Part shown: piece by piece, positions 1 to 12,602 of the stretch
How the letters are laid out: each line of letters starts with the position of its first letter
Numbering within the stretch: the first letter of the stretch is position 1
DNA from: Amoebidium appalachense
Lineage: Eukaryota; Protista; Ichthyosporea
Reading direction: 5' to 3'
Assembly: GCA_963693365.1 (NCBI GenBank)
Contig: CAVNZM010000007.1
Location: 6,507,962-6,571,961, forward strand
DNA: 64,000 nucleotides
The notes under the pieces: generated by a model
The model's database searches: none
Seen by the model: the letters and a program-made list of their open reading frames with translations, nothing else
Told to the model about the DNA's origin: nothing
Program-made: the position numbers and the translations under genes

Positions 1-765
1 TGTGGGGGGGGGGGGGGGGGGGGAGGTTGGGTGCGTGTGTGTGTGTTATGTGCATGAGTGAGTGTACATGCATGTGGGTGCATGTGTGTGTCTCAGTGTG
101 CACGTTGGAAACTACATGACAAAGGGGAATCCGTAACCGACATGCACGACACTTATGCAGATGTATGTTTCCACACGTGCGCTTGTATGCGTATGGATGT
201 ACCGTGTACATCGGAAAAACAGGTGTGCGCAAGAGTATATCTGTGCACGTGGATTGCTTCATGTGTATGTGTCTGTGTTCTGGTAAAACGAGTGCGCCAC
301 CCAGGTGATATAACCGGAGGAAAGAAAGGTTGGTATGAGTGGACAGAATACAAGGGCACGAACACACTGTGTTAACTGGGAAAGACACCTAAAGTACCAC
401 CGGAGGGGGGGGGGGGGGGGCTGTTACAATGCGGTGCAGAGTGCAAAGTACACATAAACGAAGGAAAACACAACGTGGATCATGGGGAAAAAAGATCACA
501 CACAAGAGTGTGATCATTGGAAAGGGCTTTATGGAGGAGAGAAGGGAGGAGGAGGTGGGATGAGAGGAGGAGCGAGGAGGAGGAGGGGGAGGAGGAGGGG
601 GGGAGGGGGGGGGGGGGGGGGGGGTAATTTCAAGGGAATATCAATAAAGTCATTACAAAAAAAAAAAAAAAAAAGGGCCGAAAAACAAAAGGATACAAGA
701 CAGAAAATGCAGTTCACTTAAGGGACTAGACCTGGGGGCAGACGAGGGAGTGAAAAAAAAAAAAA

Positions 766-796
<31 letters not shown>

Positions 797-803
797 AACA
801 TAC

Positions 804-1094
804 GTTCAGGCCTTGGTGAAACTGGGTACCCCGTTGACGGCAGATGATGTTACCGGGAACCACATACTCTCCTAAAAAGGAAATGGAATGTCAGATAGCA
901 ACACATGCTCTCCTGAACAGAAATGAAATGTCAGATAGAAGGCTTGCTTGCCTAAAAAGGAACAGGGTTTAGACTCGTCTGCACCTCTGCAGAGGCAAAT
1001 CGATTGGAGCACATAATAATCAGGGCACAGACACACACACTCGCGCGCACGCACACACACAACACACACACACACACGCACACGCACACGCGCG

Positions 1095-1157
<63 letters not shown>

Positions 1158-1209
1158 CACATAATAATCGGGGAACAGACACACACACTCGCGCGCACGC
1201 ACACACACA

Positions 1210-1241
<32 letters not shown>

Positions 1242-2546
1242 AGAGAGAGAGGGGAGAGAGAGAGAGAGAGTGTGTGTGTGCTTGTGTGTGCTGTGTGTGT
1301 GTGTGTTGTGTGTGTGTGTGTGTGTGCGCGCGCGGAAAGAAGTGTTTGGTGTACGTTCCCAACCTGCACATGCATGCAAGTGACACACAGTGAATCATCC
1401 CCATCCCCCCCCCCCCCCCCCCCCCTCCTCCCCCCCCCCCCCTCCCACCACCACCATCATCACCTAGAGACACAATGAATTACACACACGCGCGCGCACG
1501 CACAAGACAGAAGAAAGCGACGAACAACAACAACAAAAAAAAAAGGGGGGGGGGGGGGGGGGAGGGGGGGGAAACGAAATAGAGGTAGGCGGCGGGGAAA
1601 AGATCCCAGACTAACAAAACAAAGGAACGTTCAAAGAAAAGAGGTTGAAAGCGTAAAAAAAGAAGGATAATCACCCTCAAATTTCTTGATACCCAGACGC
1701 TGGCCGGGACTCTTCCTGCCGTTCTTACTGGACCCCCCGCTCTTCTTGGTGGCCCACCGCCGCTGGAGAATGCACCCCACAGTCGCTGTTTAAACCATTT
1801 AAATTATGATTAAAATTTTAATTACATCTGAAAAAATAAATTTGCATAGAACCCAAACAATCAAGTGACACCAGACACAAAACCACCGCGTGATTTGGAC
1901 GTGCACTAGCTCCGGAGGAAAGCTAAAAGTACAGAATGCTGGGAGCAAAAAGAAGGGAAAATGGAGGTGAAATTCGAGGGGGGGGGGGGGGGGGGGGGGG
2001 GGTTCTGTGAATAGCTCCTGGCGATTACCCAAATCAACATTGCTTTGGCTAACATACTATCCGCGCTCATAGGAATCAAATATACGTTGAGGGAGAAGGG
2101 GGGGGGAACATGGGGGAAGGCAAACGGGGGTGGGGGTGGGTGGGTGGGTTCGGGGAGAGGGGGCGGGGCGCGGGGGGGGGTTTGAATGCGGAACACGGTA
2201 AGAAGTACGCATACACGAAGGACACATGCAAAGGCAAACATTCAAGTATGCAACATCAGCCATGCGCACAGTATGCGTCATAAGCAGAGCCCATCCTCAG
2301 GGAGGGCCCAAGTCATCAATTACGTCTGAGTTTCGACCCCTTAGCCCACGTATATACGACTCTCCAACTCAGACAGCAGCATCAACTGAACTTGGGAGGG
2401 TCAACCCGTCTTGAAGAAAGACGAGCAGGGTTGCTTATGCAAACAAGGTGAGCAAAACGGTGAATATGTGAGTGCAAACTAATGCAGTGCAGCGGAAAAT
2501 GCGTAGTGGGGGGGGGGGGGGGGGAGAGAGAGAGAGAGGGAGGGGG

Positions 2547-2607
<61 letters not shown>

Positions 2608-2931
2608 CTTAATGTGTTACTGATTATGGACTAAACACTCACGAGTTATGACAGACAGACAACATCATGCAAATTTTGCAAAGCACACAAAGAGTATCCA
2701 TCAAACGTGGAGCCCAGCCTCAGCTAAGGATGGGGTGGGGTGGGGTGGGGAGGGGGGAGGGGGGGGGAGGGGGGGGGGGAAGGGGAGGGGGAGGAGGGGA
2801 GGGAGGGACGGGAGCCTACAGAGAGAAGAGAACAAGAAAGCAGGACGATTTACTAGAAGAGAACACAAAGGCGAGAACAAAATATTTTAAACAGAAGGTG
2901 TGCGTGTGCATGTGTGTGCGTGCATGTGTGC

Positions 2932-3030
<99 letters not shown>

Positions 3031-3060
3031 GGTGTGTGTGTATGCGTGCGTGGCCGTGTG

Positions 3061-3124
<64 letters not shown>

Positions 3125-3208
3125 GGTGTGTGTGTATGCGTGCGTGGCCATATGCATGTGTGTGTGTGTGTGTGTGTGTGCGTGTGTGTGCGTGCATGTG
3201 TGCGTATG

Positions 3209-3298
<90 letters not shown>

Positions 3299-3336
3299 GG
3301 TGTGTGTGTATGCGTGCATGGCCGTGTGCATGTGTG

Positions 3337-3408
<72 letters not shown>

Positions 3409-3800
3409 TGTGTGTCTGGAGGAAATGGATAGGTATGAGCATTAGGGAATGAGAGAAAAAGCAGAACAAAGTGACGAGGAAAACATGGAATCCAGAAGGG
3501 GGTGCTGGGAGGGAGAAGGGGATTGGGCTTGTAGTGAATGTTCGTAAGGAGTGGGCGGGAGGGAAAGTTAGGGGGGGGGAGGGGGGGAATACAGCAGGGT
3601 AAAGAGGAAAGGAGGGAGGGCCCCCGGGGGGTAGGGGGAGGGGGGAGAGGGGGGGGGACGAATGAGAGAGTGTGTAAGGGAAAATCTGGATTGGGGGGGT
3701 TGAAGAGAGCATGGCGAGAGAACTGGGTGGTGGTGGTGGTGCTGTGTGTGTGTGTGTGCACGCGCGGGCGTGTGTGTGTGTGTGTGTGTATCTGTGTGTG

Positions 3801-3840
<40 letters not shown>

Positions 3841-4095
3841 ACGGGTTCTGCATGTGTGCACGCGAGCATGTCTGTGTCTTGCGCGCGCGCGCTGTGCTTG
3901 TGTGTGTGCGTGCGCGTGTTTGCGTGTGTGTGACAAAAAGGGGGGGGGGGGGGGGGACAAGGGGGCAGAACCAGAAGAGGTTATATGTACAGGGGTTTTC
4001 CTTGGGTGAGGGGGGGGGGGGGGGGGGGAGGGAGCGAAAAAGAGAGTGGGAAGGGAGGGAGGGAGAGAGCGAGAGAGAGACAGAAAAAGATAGAT

Positions 4096-4190
<95 letters not shown>

Positions 4191-4737
4191 GGAGAAAGGC
4201 AAGGTGGGGCGACGGTGGTGGTGGGTCAGCGGGGGAGGGGGGGGGGGGGGGGGGAAGGGGCATTGAGTGGGTGTGGGGAGAAAATGAAGACATGTTGAGA
4301 GAGAGTCAGGGGCGGGGGAAGGGGGACGGGGACGGGAGAGAGAGAGGGAGCAAAGAGAGAGACGGAGCAAGGCAGGGGAGGAGGGTGTGGGGCGGGGAGA
4401 GGGGGGGGGGGGGGGGGGGGGGGCGCATTGGATGGATGTGGGAGAGGAGGAGAACACGAAGGGTCGAGGGAAGGAGCAGGGGGAAAGGAGGGCAGGAGGG
4501 GGAGAAGAACAGCGAGAAAGATGGATGGAGAAAAAGGTAGAGCTGGAGAGAGGGGTAAAGAGGGGGGGGGGGGGGGAAAGAGGGAGGGAAGTGGAGAAAG
4601 AGTGTGTGTGCGAGTGGAGGAGAGAGAAAGAACATCAGAGAGGGAGAGAGGGTATATGTGTGTGTGTGTGTGTGTGCGTGCGTGCGTGCGCGTGTGCGGG
4701 TGTGTCTGTGTGTGATACAGTAACAGAGAGAGAGGGA

Positions 4738-4768
<31 letters not shown>

Positions 4769-4773
4769 CAAGG

Positions 4774-4820
<47 letters not shown>

Positions 4821-5552
4821 TGTGTGTGTGCGTGTGCGTGTGTGTCTGTGTGTGTGTGTCTGTGTGTGCGTGTGTGGGCGTGGGTGGGTGGGTGAGAGGG
4901 AGAGGGAGATAGAGAGTGTGTGTTTATGTGTTTGTGTGACAAACACAGATGTGAAAAAAAAAAGCACTAAAGCGGAACCAAGCAAGGCCACGAGACCGTG
5001 GAGTGCTGCAATAAAATGACAGGGTATTATGTGACTCTAATGCACATGTATTATGAGCCGTGAACCCTAATTTGCGTGTTTGCTAAGCCCAGAGCTTTAT
5101 ATGCATAACAGGAAAGACGTGCGAAAAATAAAGCCTCTTGAATGCAATGATGCAATGGCGAATGTGTTGCCTTGTTCTTACGATTTGCTCCTAACGTTTT
5201 CGCACACACGTGTGTGTGTCTGTCGGTGTGTGTGTGTATGCAACAGCCCGATTCCATGTGTGAGTATATGAGGGTGCGCTTGTGCGTCTGTGCGTGAGTG
5301 TACCATGTTTGCGTGTATGTTGTGTGCACGTCTGTGCGTTTGCGCATCGTTAAAGTAAGTTTGGGCTATGAAGATGCCACAGTATGAAGTAATCTGTAAT
5401 GCTCTGTCCGTACTTCAACGACGCTACCAACATGTTAACTGCCAAACAGAAAGCCTAAAACATAGTTATGACTTACCACCAAGGACGTTTTGTGTTGCCC
5501 CAAGGGTAGGGATCCCCTGAAGGGGTCGTAGCAAGGAGCCGAAGTAAGACAT
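804..5552 (-). CDS. MRPL27: Mitochondrial ribosomal protein bL27 (L27), spliced, 3' end not found in window
   Basis: Exons 5552-5477 ([31 protein letters not shown] donor), 1785-1675 ([36 protein letters not shown]) and 871-804 ([23 protein letters not shown]) join in phase with GT-AG introns. ATKKxGGSxKNGRxS and GNIIxRQRGT are L27 signatures, and the N-terminal extension resembles a transit peptide. Confidence 0.9.
2181..2441 (-). repeat. Conserved structured intronic repeat, copy 1 (possible ncRNA or SINE-like element)
   Basis: Homologous to 60718-60959 and 62935-63116, with conserved and covarying stems on the minus strand. Confidence 0.6.
2508..5350. repeat. Microsatellite field (TG/CA, GA/TC, poly-G) within MRPL27 intron 1
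   Basis: Long (TG)n, (GA)n and G homopolymers are directly visible. Confidence 0.95.
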
Positions 5553-5852
5553 TTCTAGTGTTCCTCAACCACACACGTTACAATCCTTCAAATCTAAAGA
5601 GTAGCCCACCCACTGGTGACTTTAAATAAATTGTAACACAACACTACCAAACCACTTCAGCTGCCTTGAAACTTTTGTGGCCCCGGCCCCGCGCGCGCGC
5701 TGGCTTGCCGCATGCATGGCTGTTTGCGCCAACACTAACCTACAAATACAAACTCTGAGCCGGCAGGCAGAGCGGCATCAAGTAATAAACAATTGACGTC
5801 ACAAAGGGTTTTTATGTAGACCGAAGGCTGGCCAAATAATATAGTTGGCAAG

Positions 5853-5889
5853 CACGGCCATCTAGCTATAGAGTCTCTAGATGGCCGTG
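5853..5889. mobile_element. 37-bp TIR micro-element with 8-bp TSD (hAT-like signature)
   Basis: CACGGCCATCTAG-11nt-CTAGATGGCCGTG, flanked by TTGGCAAG at 5845-5852 and 5890-5897. Confidence 0.75.
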
Positions 5890-7141
5890 TTGGCAAGTTA
5901 TGTGTGTGGTGTTACAGTAACGGAAAAGCAAAAGGTTTTTCTTTTATGAATCAAGCTCCCATGAACTTACTATTTTTTTTCCTGGCCCCTTTTGGTTTGT
6001 CCCCAACCGGAAGACCGAGAGAAGGGTTATATTATGAAAGAAACCTTTCGGCTAACCCTTAGTAGACTTTGAGACACTTTCCAACTAATATTAGGTAGCA
6101 CACGTCGCGCACATATATATGCGCTGTGCTTTCTAAATTATAAAATGGCATCGAATCACACGGTTGGCTGATGAGAAAAGGACCAGCCTTTGATATTATT
6201 TAATTACAAAAAAAACTGCATTTTTGCAAAAGGACACATGGTCCGTTCGTACTCCGGCTTTTCAATGAAACTATCATTAACACCTAACACGTACTGACGT
6301 GTTGCCGCACGTGCGACGTTTTAACATCTACTCAGGCGGCAAAAAAAAAAAAAAAAAAAAAGGAGACACCGCCTCAGTAGGTGGTAGCATTAACACAGGC
6401 AAAAGACCACTGTAACGGGCTAGCCCCTACAACTCTACAACTGCAAAAAAAGGGGAAAAAAGCCGACTCAAAATCAACAGCTTGACTCAGCCACAGTGGT
6501 AAGTACAACCAGGCTCTCAGGCCCTTACATAACAAGATATTTTGGGTTTCTCATTTCATACCAAGGCAGTTGTAAGGCAGTTGCACAAATGACGTCGACA
6601 TGGACAAGCATTGGGACAACCGGTCATGACTCCGAGAGCCCTCAAACTCAGTCTGGAGGGAATTCAAAGGCATCCATACATCATGCATACTATAACTCCA
6701 ATCATTCCCTTCTGTGTTACGAAACATAGCGGGTTCATACTAGTGATGCAACACCGAAAAAGATCTATTGGTTTTCCGCATAAGGGCAAACTTTGCATCG
6801 GTCTGTTAATGTTCGCTGATCCTCACAGGTTGGGCCAGCTGCACAAGATCAAAATAAAACAGAGTTCAAAGTTTCTGTGTGCCTGCGGATTTTTTTTTTT
6901 ACAGCACTTTGAAAAGTTTTCTCATTCCATCATCAGGCTTTCGTCAAAGTGGTGGCGTGAAGAGTATGTCCTCAGGGCACAACGCATCACGTAAACTGAA
7001 GAAGCCAGGAGAAAGCACAGTAAGAAAAGCAGAGCATGGAAACAACTACCGTAGTAACTGGGCCGCCAAGTCGTTTTGTATCCCCATGGGCTGGAACTCC
7101 TCTTGGTGGTTTGCCGGCCAGAAAAGTTATCATAAAATTGG

Positions 7142-8252
7142 TCAGTAGCCACCGGGTCCACTCTTAATGGTTGTAAGTATCTTGCCCAACATGTCGATGC
7201 GCTTTTGCTGCTCCTCCTTCTCGTTTAAGAGTCTCTCCACCTGCGCCTGCAGCTCTTGAATTCTTTCGTTTTTCTGTGCAAGATGATTACTGTGTAAGTC
7301 GGGAGCGCGAGAATTGAGCCATCTTTCGGAATGTTTAGAAACTGTCACCACCGGATGAAGCGGCGCTCAGCCATTATTTAACTGAACTTATAACTAGAGC
7401 TAGGGGATGCATGCTTACGAAAAAGGTTTGTCCAGCGCAAAAGCAACTAGCATGTAAGGTTAGTCAACTTAAAGTCGGGTTGGCAAGAGCTGAAAAATCG
7501 AAACAGCCTGTGGGATAGTCCAGACTCGCTGAAGACTAGAGTACTGGCTACAGATCACCAGGCAAGCAATTTAAAACTCACGAAGGCCCTAACGATTCTT
7601 GTGCGACTTGTTAGTTGCAGTATGAACGTCAACTGTTATTCCATTACCCATGATCCACTCAACATGCCCAACTTTGCTGCAGCCCCTGAATGTCTGACTT
7701 AAAAAAAAACACGTCTCGAATGTTCGTGCTCGGATCCAGTAAACTGATGGAAAAGGTTGCGTGCATAAAGGTTTTGGGACCTTACCTGCTTCTCCATAGC
7801 AGCCTTTTCCGCTTGAAGCAAGTCCACCTGCTCTTGTAGGTCTCCCAGCTGCTTCTTCCTGCGGTATCGACACCTGCACAAGATGGCTTCGTCAGAGATT
7901 TGCTTAGTGATCAGTCATCGTGTACTATTTAATCATACTAGAGTCTTAATCGTCGATGCCAAGAGACTGTGTCAGTGAAAGTTTATTGACACCAAGTTTT
8001 CTGAGTTTTTCGAGATGGCCGCCCTTGCAAAAAATCAACTTGAATCATGGGCAACAGCAGAAACGGCCCTTAGAAACAGTGAAAGTGCATCTATGATTCT
8101 AATTCAGACGGACACGGGCTAGGCACGGATTCAGGTTCACGGAGTCCCGAGAAGTCATTTTTTTGTGACTGAGTGGATGCGGCACTGATTATGTGCTGTT
8201 GTGATCATGGTCACCAGCAGACTCTAAGAAACGGTTCGGGATGGGGTCCCCC

Positions 8253-8292
<40 letters not shown>

Positions 8293-8952
8293 TTCATACC
8301 TTGCAGCTGCCTCCCTGTTCTTGAGCCGTTTCAGTTCTGACTTTCCTTTCGTTTCGGGCCCGTTGGTGTTTGAATCAGTCAGGCTTCCGTCTTTCTCAAA
8401 AAAGTGCTCTGGGGGTGTTTCGGGAGAGCTGACATAGGCATAGCTTGGGTTCAAAACTGGCTCCTGAATTAAAGAGGCGCGAGTGGACGCACTGCTTGCA
8501 CTATTCCCTGTTGCAGCGCTTTCAACACTGCACACGCTGTCTCTGTGCGTACCGTACCCTTTCGGGGATCCGGAACTCGGGTATTTGGGTTGGGTGTTGT
8601 GTGCTACTGTGTCGTTACTGTGATCAGCGTCATTGACACGTGTGTGTGTTCTTGGTGGGTAGCTGTAAGGATGCCCGTAGGTGCGAGGGATCATACTTGA
8701 ATGTTGCCTGTGGCGCAAAGCAATGGATGGTACAGGCTCTTTTTGGTAGTTAACCACGGGCGCATGTTCCGGTGATTTTTCGCTTAGGAGAGATGATATT
8801 CTAAACCTTGTGTTGTGCTCTGGACGGCCAGCAACAGCATTATGGGAATCCATTCTAATGTCACTGTGGTAACCATTACGGTCGTAGTAATTTGTGTCTA
8901 GTTCATCTCTGTAAGGGGCCCTTTCACGGAATTCCCCGTGGCTTTCCATCAT
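7142..8952 (-). CDS. bZIP transcription factor (AP-1/ATF-like), 3 exons
   Basis: Exons 8952-8300, 7873-7786 and 7273-7142 join in phase with GT-AG introns. They give KRLKNREAAARCRYRRKKQLGDLQEQVDLLQAEKAAMEKQKNERIQELQAQVERLL: a basic region NxxAAxxCR plus a leucine zipper. The start codon is uncertain. Confidence 0.9.
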
Positions 8953-9748
8953 GTGTGTACTGGTACTGGTGCTCTTTCACATCTGTGCATCTTGCCACAG
9001 TTTATTAAGTTCACCTCATACAGGAATGAAGGCACATAAACAACAAGAGTGAATATAATGGTGTTGTGTTCATAGAACTTCATACAGAGTACACTGTATA
9101 CTCACTTAAACGTACCGTCACATACGCACACTTGTAAGCAATCCCCCTCTGATGGTTCATGGAACTCGTGTTGCGACTGACAAGCGATCACCGTGTTCGC
9201 CAGTCAAGTTCATTGACCATTGCGGTCGGAGAAAGTATTTTTGAACTTTCGATATATCGCACCGATAAAAGCTATTCGAATATGTACTAAGCAACTTCTT
9301 AGGTTTAGCTCTATCCTGCCAATACTATTGGCACGTATCGCCAATACGCATACACAAAAGAATATTGTGGGATATATATCTTTTTCCCTGCAAAGAACCG
9401 GACTGAATTTTTCAAGTGAACTCTCAATATGATCGTCATTATGATTCAAACACCCTTACTTGATTGAAAAAGAAATTCTAATTTTTCTTATATCCTGCCA
9501 TTTGTTTATTATTTTTGCAGCTGCAAAAGCAAGACTTTTTCATTCCAATCAGAGCTTTTTGCATAAGACAAAAGAATTCGAATTCGAATCAGGTACAGGT
9601 CGATCGAAGTTGCGATTTCATTCCAAATGAGTTGGACATCTCATCGAAGGGACATTTTTAATGTGGGCATCTTGGCATGCATAATCAGCCTGTGTCAACA
9701 TTGACTCAACAAAATGCCATGGTTGATTATTTTTTTGGATCACCTCAC

Positions 9749-11240
9749 TGACTCATGCACCTACATAGGAGCCTCTCATAGGAACTGAACGCCATGGCCA
9801 CACCATCTTGTGACAATGGCAATCATTTGTCACAATATTTCGATAGGAGAGAACTCAAAGTACTAGTGATCGATATCATGAATCTAACTTGGTATACACC
9901 TCCTCAGATCATATCAAAGACACTGTAGCACTATACACCCAGTATAATATTTCGTAGTAATGACATTGTTTCAGTAGGGGTTGTTTGTATTATATACGAT
10001 TGATAGCTCATCTATCATAGGAGTACAACGTGCACCTGTTTCGTTTCCCACTCGATCATCGATATCTGTTCGGGAATTTCGCCCGTCGCTCCATCGCGAT
10101 CGACTCCTCGAGCGCACTATAATAGTGACTCGCGTATGACACTTACAGATACAGATATATTTTCAGTGTTTTCCTTCCAGTCTATTATTATTTGATAAAT
10201 ACTTAGTGAGTTTACTGAGTACACAGAGACAACATTACAATATACCCATTTGTTTGCATTCAATACAAGGAATGTGTTTTTTCGTCTGACTCATAGATGC
10301 AATTCGTCTCTGATTGGCCGTCAGCGCACCCACATCCAGATTAGACCCAGAAACGAACCTTTTGAGAATTTACACAAGTGATTATCTAGATCTTATCTTT
10401 TTCTCGACATGTGACATACCTCTCTCGAGCAGCCATGCCATTGCACAAACAATTCGAATTCCCAGAAGTATTTTTTCTTGCTTGATGAATAACAGTGAAT
10501 GTTAAGGTTAGAAGCATGTGTAATCATTGTTACACATTGCACATTGTAACTTTCGTCATTCAAGTATGTGCCAAAGCCTTCACTCTACTTATTGCGAGTG
10601 TTTGAATATTTTTAAATATGCGAGATAATAATTTGCAATATATAACAACATATATCGGAAAAGATCCCGGACTTGGTGACGTGTAGGGATCACATTCCAA
10701 TTATTGCATGATTACAAGGAATAATTTTCCATTTCTCTCTAATATGCTAGCCCATGCTCCTATATCATTTTTTTGGTATTTCATCTACAACTACACTTAT
10801 TATCAACCAAAAGACAACAAACAAAATAAATTACAGAGCAAACTTAGACTGAACATCATGATTCCACAAACGACGACACATGACAGCGCAAGAATTCGGA
10901 AAGTGCGAAGCAATGATGTGAGTGGTTGCGTCCTCATCAAACATTCCTGTGGGTCCTCGATCTTGTCGCTCCCCTCGGTGAAAAGCCGAAATAACAATCG
11001 AATAAGCATCATGCACTGCTACTATACTGTAAAAAAAAACATGGCTGTTGTGTTATTAGATGCCCAAACTATATATCTTCATGTAAACTGACATATAGCT
11101 CATATATTTATTTAAAAAATTATGCCAAAAAATACAAACGTTTGGCCTATTTCTTTCAAAGGTCACCATCATGATTCCTAATCAGGCCGGTGATCCGATC
11201 CGGATTAGTAATCAATTGTCGGCGATTCCTGATTGAGTCA
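9749..11240. promoter_or_regulatory. Three AP-1 consensus sites upstream of the bZIP gene
   Basis: TGACTCA at 9749-9755 and 10287-10293; TGAGTCA at 11234-11240. Confidence 0.35.
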
Positions 11241-11244
11241 TGAA

Positions 11245-11272
11245 CACGGCCAGGTGTTTCTAGATGGCCGTG
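11245..11272. mobile_element. 28-bp TIR micro-element with 8-bp TSD, same family as 5853-5889
   Basis: CACGGCCAGGTGTTTCTAGATGGCCGTG, flanked by GTCATGAA at 11237-11244 and 11273-11280. Confidence 0.75.
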
Positions 11273-12158
11273 GTCATGAACAGAAACTTGTAAATATTAG
11301 CTGTGAATGTGTACATGTGCCCATGACAATATTAGTGACATCCGATTTTTTTGCATTGAACAGAACTTCTCTAGACTAGCAACCAGTAAATTCTGACGAC
11401 TATTTTGTACGATGCAGTGTGTATCAACTTAGTAAGTGTCACACTAACGAGTATCATGTTACCGAGTACTACAGTAGTAGCAGTGCCACTTACAAGTATT
11501 ACTAGTGCATGCGCGCCGCCTGATAGTATGGTGCCCCAAGCCTACCGGCCTCCAAGAAATAAAAAATAAAAAAATACTTCCCACCGGCCGATTTCAATTT
11601 TTTTTTGGATGGATCGAACGCTCTTGACGAGACCTGTCGAATGGCGTGTCTAACTCAAAACCGCCAATCTGTGACCCCCCTCCGACCTGACCCGGCCCGA
11701 GCCGATTACATCATCAAGCCGGCCCGACCCGGCCCGAATCGGGTCGGCCCGGACTGATTCGGGTCACGCTCGGGGCTGCGCGCGGCCTGGCAGTGCTTGC
11801 AAAGCTCTGTAGTTGGACGTGTATGCACACAGTTGCACCTTGCCCACCACGTTTATTACAATAGGTTACAGATATAGCTATGGAGCCATACACCCTGTGT
11901 GGCCTCGTCCTTTAATGCACAAATGCTTACATGTGACATGCGGGTTTTCCAAGTTACAGAATGCGACCTTTTTGCATGAGGATTTTGAACTTCAAGGTTT
12001 TCCACTTCCGTCACCATAGACTGTTGGATTTTGTCCTGGTGCAGAGACTAGCGATCTTGCTAGCCTTGAGATCACAACCTAACCACTGCCGATGGTTGTG
12101 ATGACGCCAGTAAAGGCGTGCTGGCTTTTACCCCAGCGAGTAGAGGATGCCAAAAAGA

Positions 12159-12230
12159 TGATCCCGACGAGATTTGAACCCGCGACCCTCTATCTCCGTT
12201 CGAGTGCTCTACCAACTGAGCTACGAGATC
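12159..12230 (-). tRNA. tRNA-like sequence in TRIM LTR (anticodon position GGA, short variable loop; probably pseudo-tRNA)
   Basis: Acceptor GATCTCG/CGGGATC, D arm GCTC-AGTTGGTA-GAGC, T loop TTCAAAT, followed by TCTTTTT. Confidence 0.7.
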
Positions 12231-12529
12231 GGTTAAGATCTTGCAGGCCCCACCAGCCGATCATGATCTGATCCATGTGATCGGACTGGATAACGATACC
12301 ATCTTCCAACATCCCCACTCAGGACGAATAGCAGATTCTGAAACAGGTTAGGGTGGACTGCCCTGGCCTGAACCCCTGTTCATGCTACCATGTTGGATTT
12401 TGTCCTGGTGCAGAGCTTGCTAGCCTTGAGATCACAACCTAACCACTGCCGATGGTTAACGTTGTGATGACGCCAGTAAAGGCGTGCTGGCTTTTACCCC
12501 AGCGAGGAGAGGAGCCAAATTTTAAAAGA

Positions 12530-12602
12530 TGATCCCGACGGGATTTGAACCCGCGACCCCTCTATCTCCATTCGAGTGCTCTACCAACTGAGCTACGAGA
12601 TC
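12530..12602 (-). tRNA. tRNA-like sequence in TRIM LTR (73 nt, anticodon loop ATGGAGA)
   Basis: Same cloverleaf with intact A box (TAGCTCAGTTGG) and B box (GGTTCAAATCC), T stem GCGGG/CCCGT, followed by TCTTTT. Confidence 0.75.

Noticed and set aside
738-982. 9-bp inverted repeat GCAGACGAG/CTCGTCTGC bracketing the MRPL27 exon
   Set aside because: A match of this length is expected by chance over this span.
2279-2441. Hammerhead ribozyme reading of the structured repeat (CTGAGGA and CGAAAC on the minus strand)
   Set aside because: The motif order and stem II pairing do not fit any hammerhead topology; CTGA sits in a hairpin loop.
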